A stretch of 64,000 bases of DNA. Source: Rhizodiscina lignyota (lineage: Eukaryota). This document shows positions 48,021 to 58,940 of this stretch, piece after piece; position 1 is the first letter of the stretch; every line of letters begins with the position of its first letter. Both the position numbers and the translations under genes were made by a program. Below the pieces are notes generated by a model, which made no database searches, was not told where the DNA came from, and worked only from the letters and a program-made list of their open reading frames with translations. The stretch spans positions 248,001 through 312,000 of the forward strand of contig ML978128.1 of the NCBI GenBank assembly GCA_010015805.1, written 5' to 3'.

Positions 48021-50656
48021 ATGGCTGCGCAGCTACCGGACCCAAGGGACTTCAAAGGCTGGGAAGATGCGTTCCAATATCCTCTCCCTGCTGTACGTAA
48101 ACTGGAGCAGCAGCTTCGCAGCAATGCCGTTGAGAACCGCGAGAGGCTCCGTACACTCGTTGGGTAGGTAACAGAAGTTTCTAAATGAGCCTAATATGAT
48201 ATGACAATCGATACTCACCAGTAATATAGGGCTAGCTATCGAGATCTGTTGGGGACAGCAGAACGGATTTGCGAGATGGATGAGAAGATGCAATTGGCAG
48301 AAACGACCTTGGGTTTAACTGCAAAGAAATGTAACTCTGTGGCCGTCGACAAGATATTCTCAAATTTCTCAACATTAGATACGGGGATTCAAGCAAATAG
48401 TAAGTTTCACGCTTCAGAAAAGATCACTTTGCTCACAGCATTACAGAGAAGCGTCAAAATTCAGCTGCGGCTCAGCTGGCCATTCTCAGGAGTTGTCATT
48501 CGACAATATCAGCTGTGCTTCAGAAGGAAGGCTCAACATATCTTGCAGCCAAGGTCCTCGTTCTTGCACGACTTCTGCACAAAACGCTGTCTCAGAGCCC
48601 GGATGCTTCTCCGCTGGTGGATAGCCTCCGTAACAGACTCGCATATTTACGCACGAGGCTGCTCAGGCACATCGATCGCAGCTTCTCAAATCCAGAAATT
48701 GAAATCCCGAAGCTAGTGGAGAACATGTGTGCATTGTCCCTTGCGACAAGTTCTACTCCTACAGATGTTCTGAGGCACTTCCTCCACATCCGTCTGGAAG
48801 TCATTCGTTCTGGCCCTGAAGCCGCTCAACATATGCGCAAGGGCTTACTCAAAGCTATCAAGCTCTTTAAAGGTAGCTTAATCGACTCGCAGACGATTTT
48901 TCCCAGGCGGTTGGCGGAGTCTCTGAGTAGACTCAAACTGCAACCGCTACTTCAGGACAAGGAGATACAGACCTTGCCAGACTTGAATCTGGATATACAC
49001 GGCCGTTGGATCGCAGGCGAAGTCCGGAACTTTACACCTTGGCCTCGTCATGACGAACTACAGAAGTCAGAGGCCGAGAAGATATTGCGACATTGGGCGC
49101 CGGCGGCATTGAAGTCGCTAAAAGAGGCTGCTCAGTCCATGTTGAGCGAGCAAGAGGACTTTGCAGATGTGGTGAAGCTTCGAGAAGATGTGCTTGAAGT
49201 GCATCTCTCTAGTAATCCTCGCATTGCCGGGGTTCAATCCTCGGATGTTCTGGAACTTCTACGAGATGTCTTCAATGAGCGTTTACAATTCCTCGTCCAG
49301 AAGCGTGCCGACGGCCTCGCTGCATTACTGGGAGGCATCTCATCTGCTATCGATCCCAGCGCATCTACATATGAGGGTCAGCAAGCATCAACATGGCAGC
49401 TCGCACATGATCCAACGACTCTGGAGAACGGCGCCTTTGCTTTCAAAGATGCCATCAGCGACCGCTTCCATGGAAATGAGCAGGCTACGAAGAAGTGTCT
49501 GTCAATTGCTGAGAAATGGGCTACTAGCATCATTGATATGCGGAGCTTGATCAAGACCATGAGGGAAAAGCGGTGGGAGGACGACGTACTTGATGCCACC
49601 TCTGAAGCAGACGACGATCTTGATCTAGATTCCAGACAGGCACTTCTCAGCGAGGATGATCCCCGAGAACTCAACGACGCGCTCGACTCTGCTCTTCAGT
49701 CATCCTTCGCGAGGTTTGGGGAAGAGTTCAGAAAGATCGCTGCTGTTGCTGGTGCGAGTACGAACACTACACAGTCTATTTTCCTGTTGCGTGTTCTACG
49801 TCAATTCGCACAGAAGACGATTGACTTGACCAGCACTAGTTCTGCTGCCAATGGCAAGTTTCAAGGCGCTCTTGATATCCAAGGCCTCTCATCACCACTG
49901 TACGCCTCAATCGTCACGTCAGTCTCTCAGTCTTCTCTTCAGTCCTTTGAGAGGTCTCTCTCACGGTTTACAAACAATCCATTTCACGGTAATATGCTGT
50001 GGGAGGGTCATCCACCCTTGCCTGTTCAGCCCACTCCCTCATGTTTCAGACTGCCGTATTGCTTGGTGAAAGGAATGGCAACCTTAGGTCAGGATCTTTG
50101 GGCACCCGGATTGGTCGAGGCGTTGAAGCAACATATGGATGCAGAGGCTCGGAAGTTGCTGGATGAATGCCTGTCTGCTGTCAAAGCCTTGCCGGAACTG
50201 GCTTCTGTTGATAGCACACCTGTCTCTGACCCTTCTGAGGATGCGGAGCCGCAACAAGAAGCCGATGTGTCGGCTGAAGACTTGGAGAATGAAACCACCA
50301 TCAATGGCACGAAGCACGAGGACTCTTCGGACGGACTGGCCAATGGAGCTGGTATAGATGGCCCAAATGATTCTTCCATCACACATGCGGCCACAAATGG
50401 TGCTGTGGAAGGCGATTCTGGCTCTAAGACCGCGAAGTTGATTCAGTTGTTGTTCGATGCGATGTATTTGCAGCGCGTCTTGCACGTGCCAAATGCAAAA
50501 GTATCGGACTCTTCGAGATTAACCTTGTCGAACCAATCTTACCTCGAGGAACTCGCGAAGGAGTTGGATCTTGAGACGGAGAAACTGGAGCGGATGAGGA
50601 AAAATGCGGTTGACTACTGGAAAAGAACGTATCTGCTCCTCGGATTGTTGTCGTGA
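48021..50656 (+). CDS. COG1: Conserved oligomeric Golgi complex subunit 1 (Vps51/Vps67 domain), 3 exons
   Basis: WEDAFQYPL...RERLRTLVG|ASYRDLLGTAERI N-terminal Vps51 motif; LWEGHPPLPVQP; QLLFD; YWKRTYLLLGLL. Confidence 0.88.
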
Positions 50657-50874
50657 AGCATGAAACGTCAACAAGATGTGCACGGGCCCCTAATTTTCTC
50701 TTTGGTGCCTGGGGCCTGGGGCTGCGTGCCTGCTTAATTTGTTTCAAGTTCGAGCAGGGTGGCAAACTTCTTAAGAGGCTATAAATTAAAAGCTTGGCCT
50801 TCAACCTCACTTCTTCTTCTCCACACCTCAAAAAATAATCAGATCCTCTCTTACTTTACGACCAATCTGCCAAA

Positions 50875-51757
50875 ATGGCGTCGCCTAACCTGACGCCTGA
50901 CTTTGCTCCAGCTGACCTCGCGACATCATCTCCCTTCCACAAGGAGGTTGCCGCTCTCGAACTTCTTGTGCTGCGTAAGTCGTTACTCTCATGCCCTCAA
51001 ATATACATACCAATACTTTTACGTACAGCAAGGCAACGCGAAATTCATCTACCGTGGTCTCTTCAATGAGTTCCAGATCATCCTGGGACAAGCTCCACTA
51101 GAGTCCGCTGGTGCCGAAAATGCGATCGATGGTGCTAGCCACACCTCCTCGCGCTCCGCAAGCCCTCTCACGACGCCTTTACCCAACTTGTCTCCAACAA
51201 TCGCGGCCGGCAATGACGCCGAGGTCGAGACCGACCCCCTTCCCTCCTCCTTCCATCCTCAACGACTCTACGCAGCTCTGATCGGCATCAAGCCCACGGC
51301 ACTTCATAGCCCTGGAAAAGAGAGCCTCCTCCTTCGCACTTATCCCTGCATCGACGAGTATTCCGCCAAACGGGAGCTCTTCGATCTCACCGTCGTCGAG
51401 GTCGACAACCGTCTCTCCGCCTCCGCCAAGCTCAAGATCTCTCTCGAGAAGCTTGCCACCAGCGCCAAGGCCATCTCTGAGCTCCCAGACGGCTGGAGGA
51501 TGCTCATCCACGAGACATACGGCATGATCTGCTTCGCGAACGACAACCTCACTGGCGACGAGCCAAAGGTGACCTTCCAGCTGCCTGGCTACGAGAAGAA
51601 GGCGAGGCGCATCGCGGTCAAGGTCCCAAAGCAGGAGCTGATCGACGAGACTATTGCCGAGTTCAAGCTGCCGTCGGAGGGTGGTGACAGCGGTGCGACT
51701 GGTGCGGCTGGTGCGACTGCTGAGAAGAAGTCTTGGTATCTTTGCATGGTGATGTGA
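50875..51757 (+). CDS. Hypothetical protein ending in a CaaX box (KKSWYLCMVM)
   Basis: TATA-like TATAAAT at about 50780, CAAAATGG start context, GTAAGT donor at 50975 (in-frame acceptor probably AAG at 51032), C/G-ending codon bias, stop 51755-51757. Confidence 0.75.
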
Positions 51758-52052
51758 AGGGTTGGTTCTAACCGCATTTGGGGGTTGATGGCTTCCTTTT
51801 TCCCTCTTCAGGCATAGCGAGGATGTTGGGCGAGGCACTGGCGCCTTGAGCATCCACTTTAAGCAAGATAGCTTAAATGAATCAAAAGTGATTTCTCAAC
51901 TCTGTGTTCGATGCAACTAGTCATAACCATTTCACTGTGATATATTGGATATTTGGTAAGCTTGGTAGATCTGTCGAGACACTACTATGCTAAGAAGTAT
52001 TTGAGACTTTACAGTCCGCACTTGCGCTCTCGAGGAGCCTCCGGCCAATCAC

Positions 52053-52710
52053 GAACAGATACTCGACGGCCGTCGCTACAGCAGCAATTTTTAGACTTTG
52101 GAATCGCGAGCAGATGTTCGACGGCCTTCGTCACAGTCGTGATTCGCCATCCTACTGAGACTCCTTTAACAATTCAAAATCTGTAGCCTTACACCCAAGA
52201 AGATCCTGAGCTATCTCAAATGGATGCTGGAAGACCTTTGTTGGAGTCGTACTTCTTGCAGTTAATCATATCAAAGATGCTCAATGATCTTTACTGCAGC
52301 ATTTGCACTTGATCGTACTTGAAGCTAATAGATCCTCGAGACTTTCTCTGTAGTAATAGTTCTCAATCCGTGCTATACCAAGCGTATGTTTGACGGTCTA
52401 CGTCGCTACAACAGTTCTTCATCCGAGGTACACCAAACAGATGCTCGACACAATGTGTGGTAGCAGTAATTCTCAATCAGAAGTATAGCGAATTAATGCT
52501 CGAATATCTGTGCCGCAGCGGAACTTCTGAATCAGAGCTGTAACAAACATGTGCCTGACGACGATGCGTACAGCTGTAATTCTTAAGCATCGCTACAGCG
52601 AACAGATACTCAATCGACAATCCACAGCAGTAATACTCACTCCTAGCTACATTGAATAGAGGTTCAACGCGCACGAGTGCAGCATTAATTATTCATGGGA
52701 CGAGTTATAT
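52053..52710. repeat. Diverged tandem array, about 12 units with a 55-bp period
   Basis: Anchor ATGCTCGA-like motif at 52059, 52114, (52169 decayed), 52224, 52277, 52332, 52386, 52441, 52496, 52551, 52606, 52660; consensus about RAACAGATGCTCGAC-N11-CAGCAGTAATTCTYAATCC-N3-CTAYANC. Confidence 0.85.
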
Positions 52711-52834
52711 TTGCTTTCCATTTGCACGCCGGCGTCGAAACTAGTATGTACAATGAAGACTTCATTTTCTGGTGTATCGTGTCCAACCTTCCTTCCATCC
52801 CACCCCGTCTGCAGTAGCAGAGCCATCCATTCCC

Positions 52835-55800
52835 TCAATATTCCGCCAAGATCAATCTCCTTCCAATCTCTCTCCTCCTCTCCGCCTTTTCACTCGGGCG
52901 CCCATCGCCGTCCTTGTCCGCCTTGAGTGCCGATAGGAGCATGCCGGCGTCGAAGAAGCCGTCTATAAAAGGAAATTGAGAGTCAGCCCACTGCTTTCGA
53001 CTCCGCAGCGACTATTTTCGTGATGTGGGTGGTGATGCGTGCGAAGAGTAAGCAAAAAAAGACTTGTGAAGGAAAAGAAGAAGCAAACGCTGGGGGCGAG
53101 TCTAGTCTAGTTCTATATGCCAGATGCCCGTTGAAGACCGCTCGCAATGCAATGCAATAAAGACGCATGAAAAAAGAAACAAATAAAGCAAGAGCATCAC
53201 AGAAAAGCGTGCGGATGATGCACACTCCCATTCCGCCCATCCCTCGTCAACCGCCTCCCTCGCTTGAACTCCGGCTTCTTCGGCGAGCTTAAAATGCTCG
53301 ACACGAAACGGGGTGGCGAGGGCTCGGGTGTCGGAAGGCCATCCTGGAACACCGTTTTAGGTGTCGGAGTCTGCGGTCGATGCGCCTCTGCGTCGCTCTT
53401 GCTCTCTGTGCGGAAGGTTCGAATGGGGATCGGGGAAGTGTGTGTTGGTATAGAATCGGGTGCAAAAATAGGAATGAATCGCCTACATCCACCGAGTCCT
53501 TCATCATCGCTTTCCTCAAACTCATCCTCTTTGGGTGTCTGCGCCTTGCCTTCACCCTTCAGATCGCCCGTAATTATACGTCCTCTGCTCTTCATCCTGC
53601 CTGCCTTGGACTTGTTCTCCTCCGCCACTCTCGCACGACTGGCGCTTTTGTCTACGCTCGATCCACGCTTGTTGAGTTGACGCAACAATTTCCTGATCTC
53701 GAGGAAATACCCCTCCAGAGCATCGACGAAACGCTTAGTCTGCCGGTGCTTGGAAGAGGCGCAGATGGACACGCTACCGTCTTTGATGATGTAGCCTATG
53801 CCGAAGCCATCGCCGCTCGTCGGGCCGAAGCCGAATTGTCGAAGGGATGGATTGCCGCAGTTCGAAGTGGATAGGATGGTATTGTTTAATTTGTCCCAGC
53901 CTGCGTCTGCGAATAGTGCTGGCATTGAATGGCTGTGCTGCTGATGTTGGGGGGCTGGCGGACTTGATGATATAGACCCTTCGTCCGAAACGAGGGTGTT
54001 GTTCCGATTCGGCGAATTGACATTCGATGGATTGTCCGATGAGTTGATGGGACTGGTGCGACCGGTGGACGTTTCGTATGAATTGTTGCTCGCCACATCG
54101 AAGTTCTCGTCATCAAGAGAGCGTTGCCAGATGCAGTAAAGTGCATACATATGCCTATCCTGTCCTTGTGCCTTCGCGCATTCCTTTGTGACTCCAACAT
54201 GTTTCTCGCATGCTCGTTTCAAAGTTTCGACCTTCTTGCTTGCTGGATTCTCACCCCAGAATGTACGTATGAAATCCAGAGATTCTACGGTTACCGATCG
54301 GATGGCTTCAGTGCGCCCATGGTAATAGAACTTTGTCATAGCGGGTTCGTACACGCACTCAACGCGACCATAAAGGCCGTAGTACGCTGCTTGAAACGCC
54401 ATTTGCACGAACGCATCTGGCGAGAATCCCATGGAAGTCATGAAATTCTTCCCGTATGATTGAAACTCAAGGGTCTCAAACTCATTTTGAGCGATCAGGT
54501 CGGCCAGTCGCGTCTCTGCAAAGCGAAGTGCAGTGCTCAGTTCGGGAACCATGTCCCACTCCAATTTATGCGGAGTTGTCGAAACGTCTCCAAAGCTCTC
54601 AGGGTCGCGCTTTGACGGATCAGGACTTGTCGATGTCCACAGGCTCGGTGCTTGCCCATTGATGGATCGCGCGAATCGCAGGATAGTGTCCGTGTAGATA
54701 TCGCTTGCAAATCTCAGTACGGTGTGACCATCAACGCCGGTGTGTTCGAAATTGATCCCAGCACTGCCATTCTTGCACACAATAATCTGCAGCTTGTCGT
54801 ACCAGCGGTTGGTACAAGTCCCGACTTGTACACCTTTCTCAATCTGGCTTGAGCCGCAGAGCATGTTCATGCACAGTTCTGCGGTGGTCTTAGGTGCGGT
54901 ATAGTCGAGGCATATAATGAACAAAGCTGAATCAACAATGTTGAGACAATCGGAATTGTTAGACCCCTCTTCTCTTTGCAGCACGTCCCGTAGACCAGAC
55001 CAGACCTTTCGGTTCTCAGTGCTCAAAACTCCAACTGCGCCTTTGGCTGCCTCCTGAATCGGAACTTGAGACGCGTCATCAACGATGACTTGCAGGTTCA
55101 GAGCGACATCCTTCTCAGTCATGATCAAGTCGGAGTTGTCGTCCAGCACATCAAAGTAATAGAATTGGCCGTGGCACATAACAACGACGTGTTTCGACTC
55201 GGGATCTTGGCCAATTTGGCATCCGTGTTCCGTTGGTATCCTTGCTGTACCGAACAGCCTTGAATATTGGTACATATCCAAAGGTTGTCCCCTTATCATG
55301 TCTGGTGGCAGTTCCTCCCTTCTGACAGCTCGAACAAACGACAGAGCTGAGATGACCAAAGAAGCGGCTCTTGTGACCTGATTGTTTCTTGCAGGTGTGG
55401 GATCATCTTCAAGGAGGAAGAAAGGATTCAGGTTGAGGACGACAGGATTATCGTAGTTCAGGTAGGAATCATACCCTGCGATTAGTATCTGTTAGTGTGA
55501 CGCACGAAAGACTAAATGAAGATTATCAGCAGTCGTTGAAGGTTGCATACAAAATTGCTCGATGTAGTTGGCTCTGCCACTGGCATACTTCTTAAGCTTC
55601 TCTTGTAAATCTGGGCCATCGCGCTTGAGAAACTCTTGTACGGCAAGCTCCGAATCATGTTGCTCTTTCGCAGATTGCAGCGGCTTCAACGCCTCTAGGT
55701 ATTTCTTGCATGAGCTCTCTAGCTCGGGTATTGGGAGCTTTGGAAGCTTGTCTTGCGACGCGAAAGTGATGCCCGGCTTCGAGGTACTTTTGTGTGATGC

Positions 55801-55968
55801 CAGTGGTTCTCGTTCACTTGGAGAATAAGATTGAGCGGCCTTTTTAGCAGCCTCTGGCGACCGCGACACGCCATCCATGTGAGGCATCTCGCCTGTCTTC
55901 AAAGTGACCAAAGAACTGACTGATTCGTCGAGAGTTGGTGCAGGGGGTATGAACGTCCTGACTGCCAT
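52835..55968 (-). CDS. YAT1: Carnitine O-acetyltransferase, Yat1/FacC type, 3 exons
   Basis: TFASQDKLPKLPIPEL, LNYDNPVVLNLNPFF, TCTNRWYDKLQ, FEHTGVDGH, STSNCGNP, GFGPTSGDGFGIGY; last exon YGFFDAGMLL...ILAEY* after intron 52963-53486. Confidence 0.93.
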
Positions 55969-57290
55969 ATTGAAGAAAGCCGACGTTAGCTATGCGTGAA
56001 GAGGAGAAATAAAGACAGCGATAGAAAGAAACCGCAAAGCGGTGCGGTAGAAGTAATGGCAATCTTGAAGACAATAAGATGGCATTGAAATTTTCCAGTC
56101 AAGAGTTGAATTAAACCGGTATCGACAGCTCAAGGATAAGCTCGATATACCGAAAGTGGTCGAGCATAGCCGTATAAAACCACAACCAGAAACAAATGGG
56201 GGAGTAGAATACGAAAGCTCCGGCCCCGCAAGGAGGCATCGAATAAATATCGACATGTGAAAGAAGGTGTGTTATATGGCTGGCTGTTTCCAGGCCCGCA
56301 TAGCCGTGTCGCCGGAAGATGACCGAATGAGCAGCTGTGGGGACCTTGGATTTCCAGTGACACCTTGTGCAAGGGAGCTACTAGAAAGCGTGACGACAGA
56401 AATTCGGGAACGTACCGATGGATCAAGTGACAACCCGATGTAGGAGAAACAGTGGACCTGTGAATCCAATTAGTTACCCAGAGAGACGCCTACCTTACCC
56501 CGACTCCGCTCGTAGTCTTCGCTGCAAATACGAGTAATGCCGCAAGCTCAAAGCAATGACGGAAATGCACTACCGCTCAAGGGCCTCACGTTTCCTCTCC
56601 CAGGGCAGCTCAAGTAGTGCAGATTACCGGACAGCTGGAGCTTAGTGGCGTGTCTTCACCGAGGATGAAGGAAGGTGATCCTGGGACGAGAATAGGCTGC
56701 AGACCAGCGACACGGACGAGAGGAAGTTGACGATAGACGCGATAGTATCGCGGAGCAGCGCAGCCTTAGCTCGGGAGCGCCCTATTGGGTGGATTTGAGA
56801 GCTCCAGATGGAGCTTGGAGGTAGCTGATGCTAGAGGCGATCAGGTGGAACGGATAGATAAAACAGTTGCAGTGACGACGCAAGAACTCGTATGGCGTCT
56901 CGCAGGCGAAGATATCACAGGAGTGGAGTTCAGCCTCAATGCGAAACCTGAGTGATGGCCTTCTTACGTAGTAGGGAATTGTGGCATCGGTACAGCATCA
57001 CGAGAACGCAGGCTTTCCCATGAGGTCCATGTGCAGCAGTTTGCGGGGAAGAGATAGACGTGGCGACGCCTAGAACGACTTCGCGGACCAAGGGATCGGG
57101 CATTACGTGACCTCGATCGAAAGATCACGATCACGTGCTAGGTATCACCACTCGTGCTTATGTCATGTGCTCTCCGGTGTTTCTCGCGTCAAGTTCGTGA
57201 TTCGACCTCGCCACCGCGCGTGATACGCAGCCTCAGCCTGCCGAACTCGGAATTCGCATTCAGTCATGGGCAGAAGCGCACTGCTCAGTG

Positions 57291-58652
57291 ATGACCGACC
57301 TCCTGCAGGCGCTGCCTGACTTCCCGACTCACCTCTTCTCCCATCTGCTGCCCTCCCTCGACAAGCACCAAGTCACTCTGAGCGATCTGCTCACCCTTGA
57401 CGCCTACGATGTCGCCAGAAGGGCTCAAGTGCCGCCTGGAGAGGTGCGCAAACTTGCGGACACTGCGCTGCAGCAGCTACATGCGCAATTGGGGTTGAAA
57501 GATGGGAAAGAGAAGGAGAATGGGGGTACAAGCAATGTCGAATCCCAGCAGGGACGGGATGAATGGCACGCGATCAGTTCTTTGGACGATGATATAGATA
57601 CTGCACTAGGAGGTGGCTTTGCGCTTCGCTACCTCTCCGAAATCGTAGGAGAGAGTGGCGCCGGAAAGACCCAGCTCCTTCTCACCCTCCTCCTATCCGT
57701 CCAGCTGCCTCCAGCTCACGGTGGCCTTTCCGCGACGAGCATATACATCTCGACCGAGTCGACGCTCAGTACACCTCGGCTGTCGCAACTGCTGCGCACG
57801 CATCCGCGATTGTCATCCCTTCCACCGGCTGCAAGGCCCTCGCTTAACCGCATCTTGACAATGCAAACCCCCGATTTGGAGAGTCAGGAGCACATTATAC
57901 GGTATCAGCTTCCCGTCGCAATAAGTCGACATGGCGTCAAACTCGTCGTCATCGATTCAATTGCTGCGAACTTCCGCGCTGAATTCGAGCGGCGAAGCGC
58001 AGGGAACAGAGGGAGCCAGGAGCAAGACCAACGTCGGAGTGGTGGAAAGGCTATGGCGGAGCGAAGAGCACAGCTCCTACAACTTGGTGCCCTTCTCCGT
58101 GGCATAGCGCGCAAGGAGAACGTAGCCATAGTGGTGGCAAATCAAGTTGCAGACCGTTTTCAGCAAGACGGCGGAGTGCTTCGCTTGGATGAGGAGATTT
58201 CTGCCACATCGCAGAATGGCGAAAGCCAACAGCAAACTGGTGTGAATAAAATGGCTGAGGTAGTATCAGTGCCCGTGCCTCCGCTGCCAGATAACCTTCC
58301 AACCATGACATCCGATCCATTAACTTTGGATCACCAGCAGCGCTGGTTCACAGGCTGGGGCGATATCCCGAGTCTGCAGTCGCAACTGAAGACTCCGTCA
58401 CTTGGTCTCGTCTGGACGAACCAAATCGCCGCTCGCGTTGCGCTCATCCGTCAACCGGTTATAGCTGGAAAGACAGCAGGTACAGTGAAGAGACGGATGC
58501 GAGTTGTCTTTGCAGCTTGGGCACCGCCTACTGAAGGGACAGGTTTGGAATTTGAAATCTCCGAGGGAGGCGTAAGAGCAGTCCGAGAACGTAACGATGA
58601 GGAGACAGAACCCGCAAGCAAGAGACGAAGAGTCGAAGCGGATCATTTATAA
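57291..58652 (+). CDS. RAD57: Rad51 paralogue Rad57 (XRCC3-like)
   Basis: MTDLLQALPDF N-terminus, Walker A GESGAGKTQ, YISTE, DLESQEHIIRYQLP, Walker B VVIDSIAANFR, VVANQV, PSLGLVWTNQI. Confidence 0.93.
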   Translation: MTDLLQALPDFPTHLFSHLLPSLDKHQVTLSDLLTLDAYDVARRAQVPPGEVRKLADTALQQLHAQLGLKDGKEKENGGTSNVESQQGRDEWHAISSLDDDIDTALGGGFALRYLSEIVGESGAGKTQLLLTLLLSVQLPPAHGGLSATSIYISTESTLSTPRLSQLLRTHPRLSSLPPAARPSLNRILTMQTPDLESQEHIIRYQLPVAISRHGVKLVVIDSIAANFRAEFERRSAGNRGSQEQDQRRSGGKAMAERRAQLLQLGALLRGIARKENVAIVVANQVADRFQQDGGVLRLDEEISATSQNGESQQQTGVNKMAEVVSVPVPPLPDNLPTMTSDPLTLDHQQRWFTGWGDIPSLQSQLKTPSLGLVWTNQIAARVALIRQPVIAGKTAGTVKRRMRVVFAAWAPPTEGTGLEFEISEGGVRAVRERNDEETEPASKRRRVEADHL

Positions 58653-58940
58653 TGTCCTGAGATACCCCGAAATGTATAGAACGTTTGGCCAAAATGTATT
58701 CGTATTACAATGAGATCATGCAACTCGAATAAGTCCGTCGTAAAGCGGTTAGAAAGACACGATTTAAATGCAAAAGCGCCTAAGGCGTTGTGAGATCGTT
58801 TCAATTGTTCAAGTAAATATAACAAAAGCAGCCTGTAGTCCGATGTCCAGTGGTATCAAACGAGCCAACATCACGCTACGCCTCATTCCAAGCAGCCTAA
58901 CAACGCTGACACCGACCACATATAAATCACACAAAATCCC

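Noticed and set aside
51179..51853. 224-aa antisense ORF (and similar antisense ORFs over ABZ1, ELP5, LAA1 and the ASXH gene)
   Set aside because: Shadow frames produced by codon bias of the sense genes
52053..52710. CRISPR array interpretation of the 55-bp repeat
   Set aside because: Eukaryotic locus, no cas genes, repeats not identical, and the variable parts are short and still homologous between units rather than unique spacers
56659..56664. CCGAGG (FarA/FarB-type site) upstream of the carnitine acetyltransferase, and GGCTAG (XlnR-type) at about 1210 upstream of the LPMO
   Set aside because: Biologically plausible, but single hexamers are expected by chance
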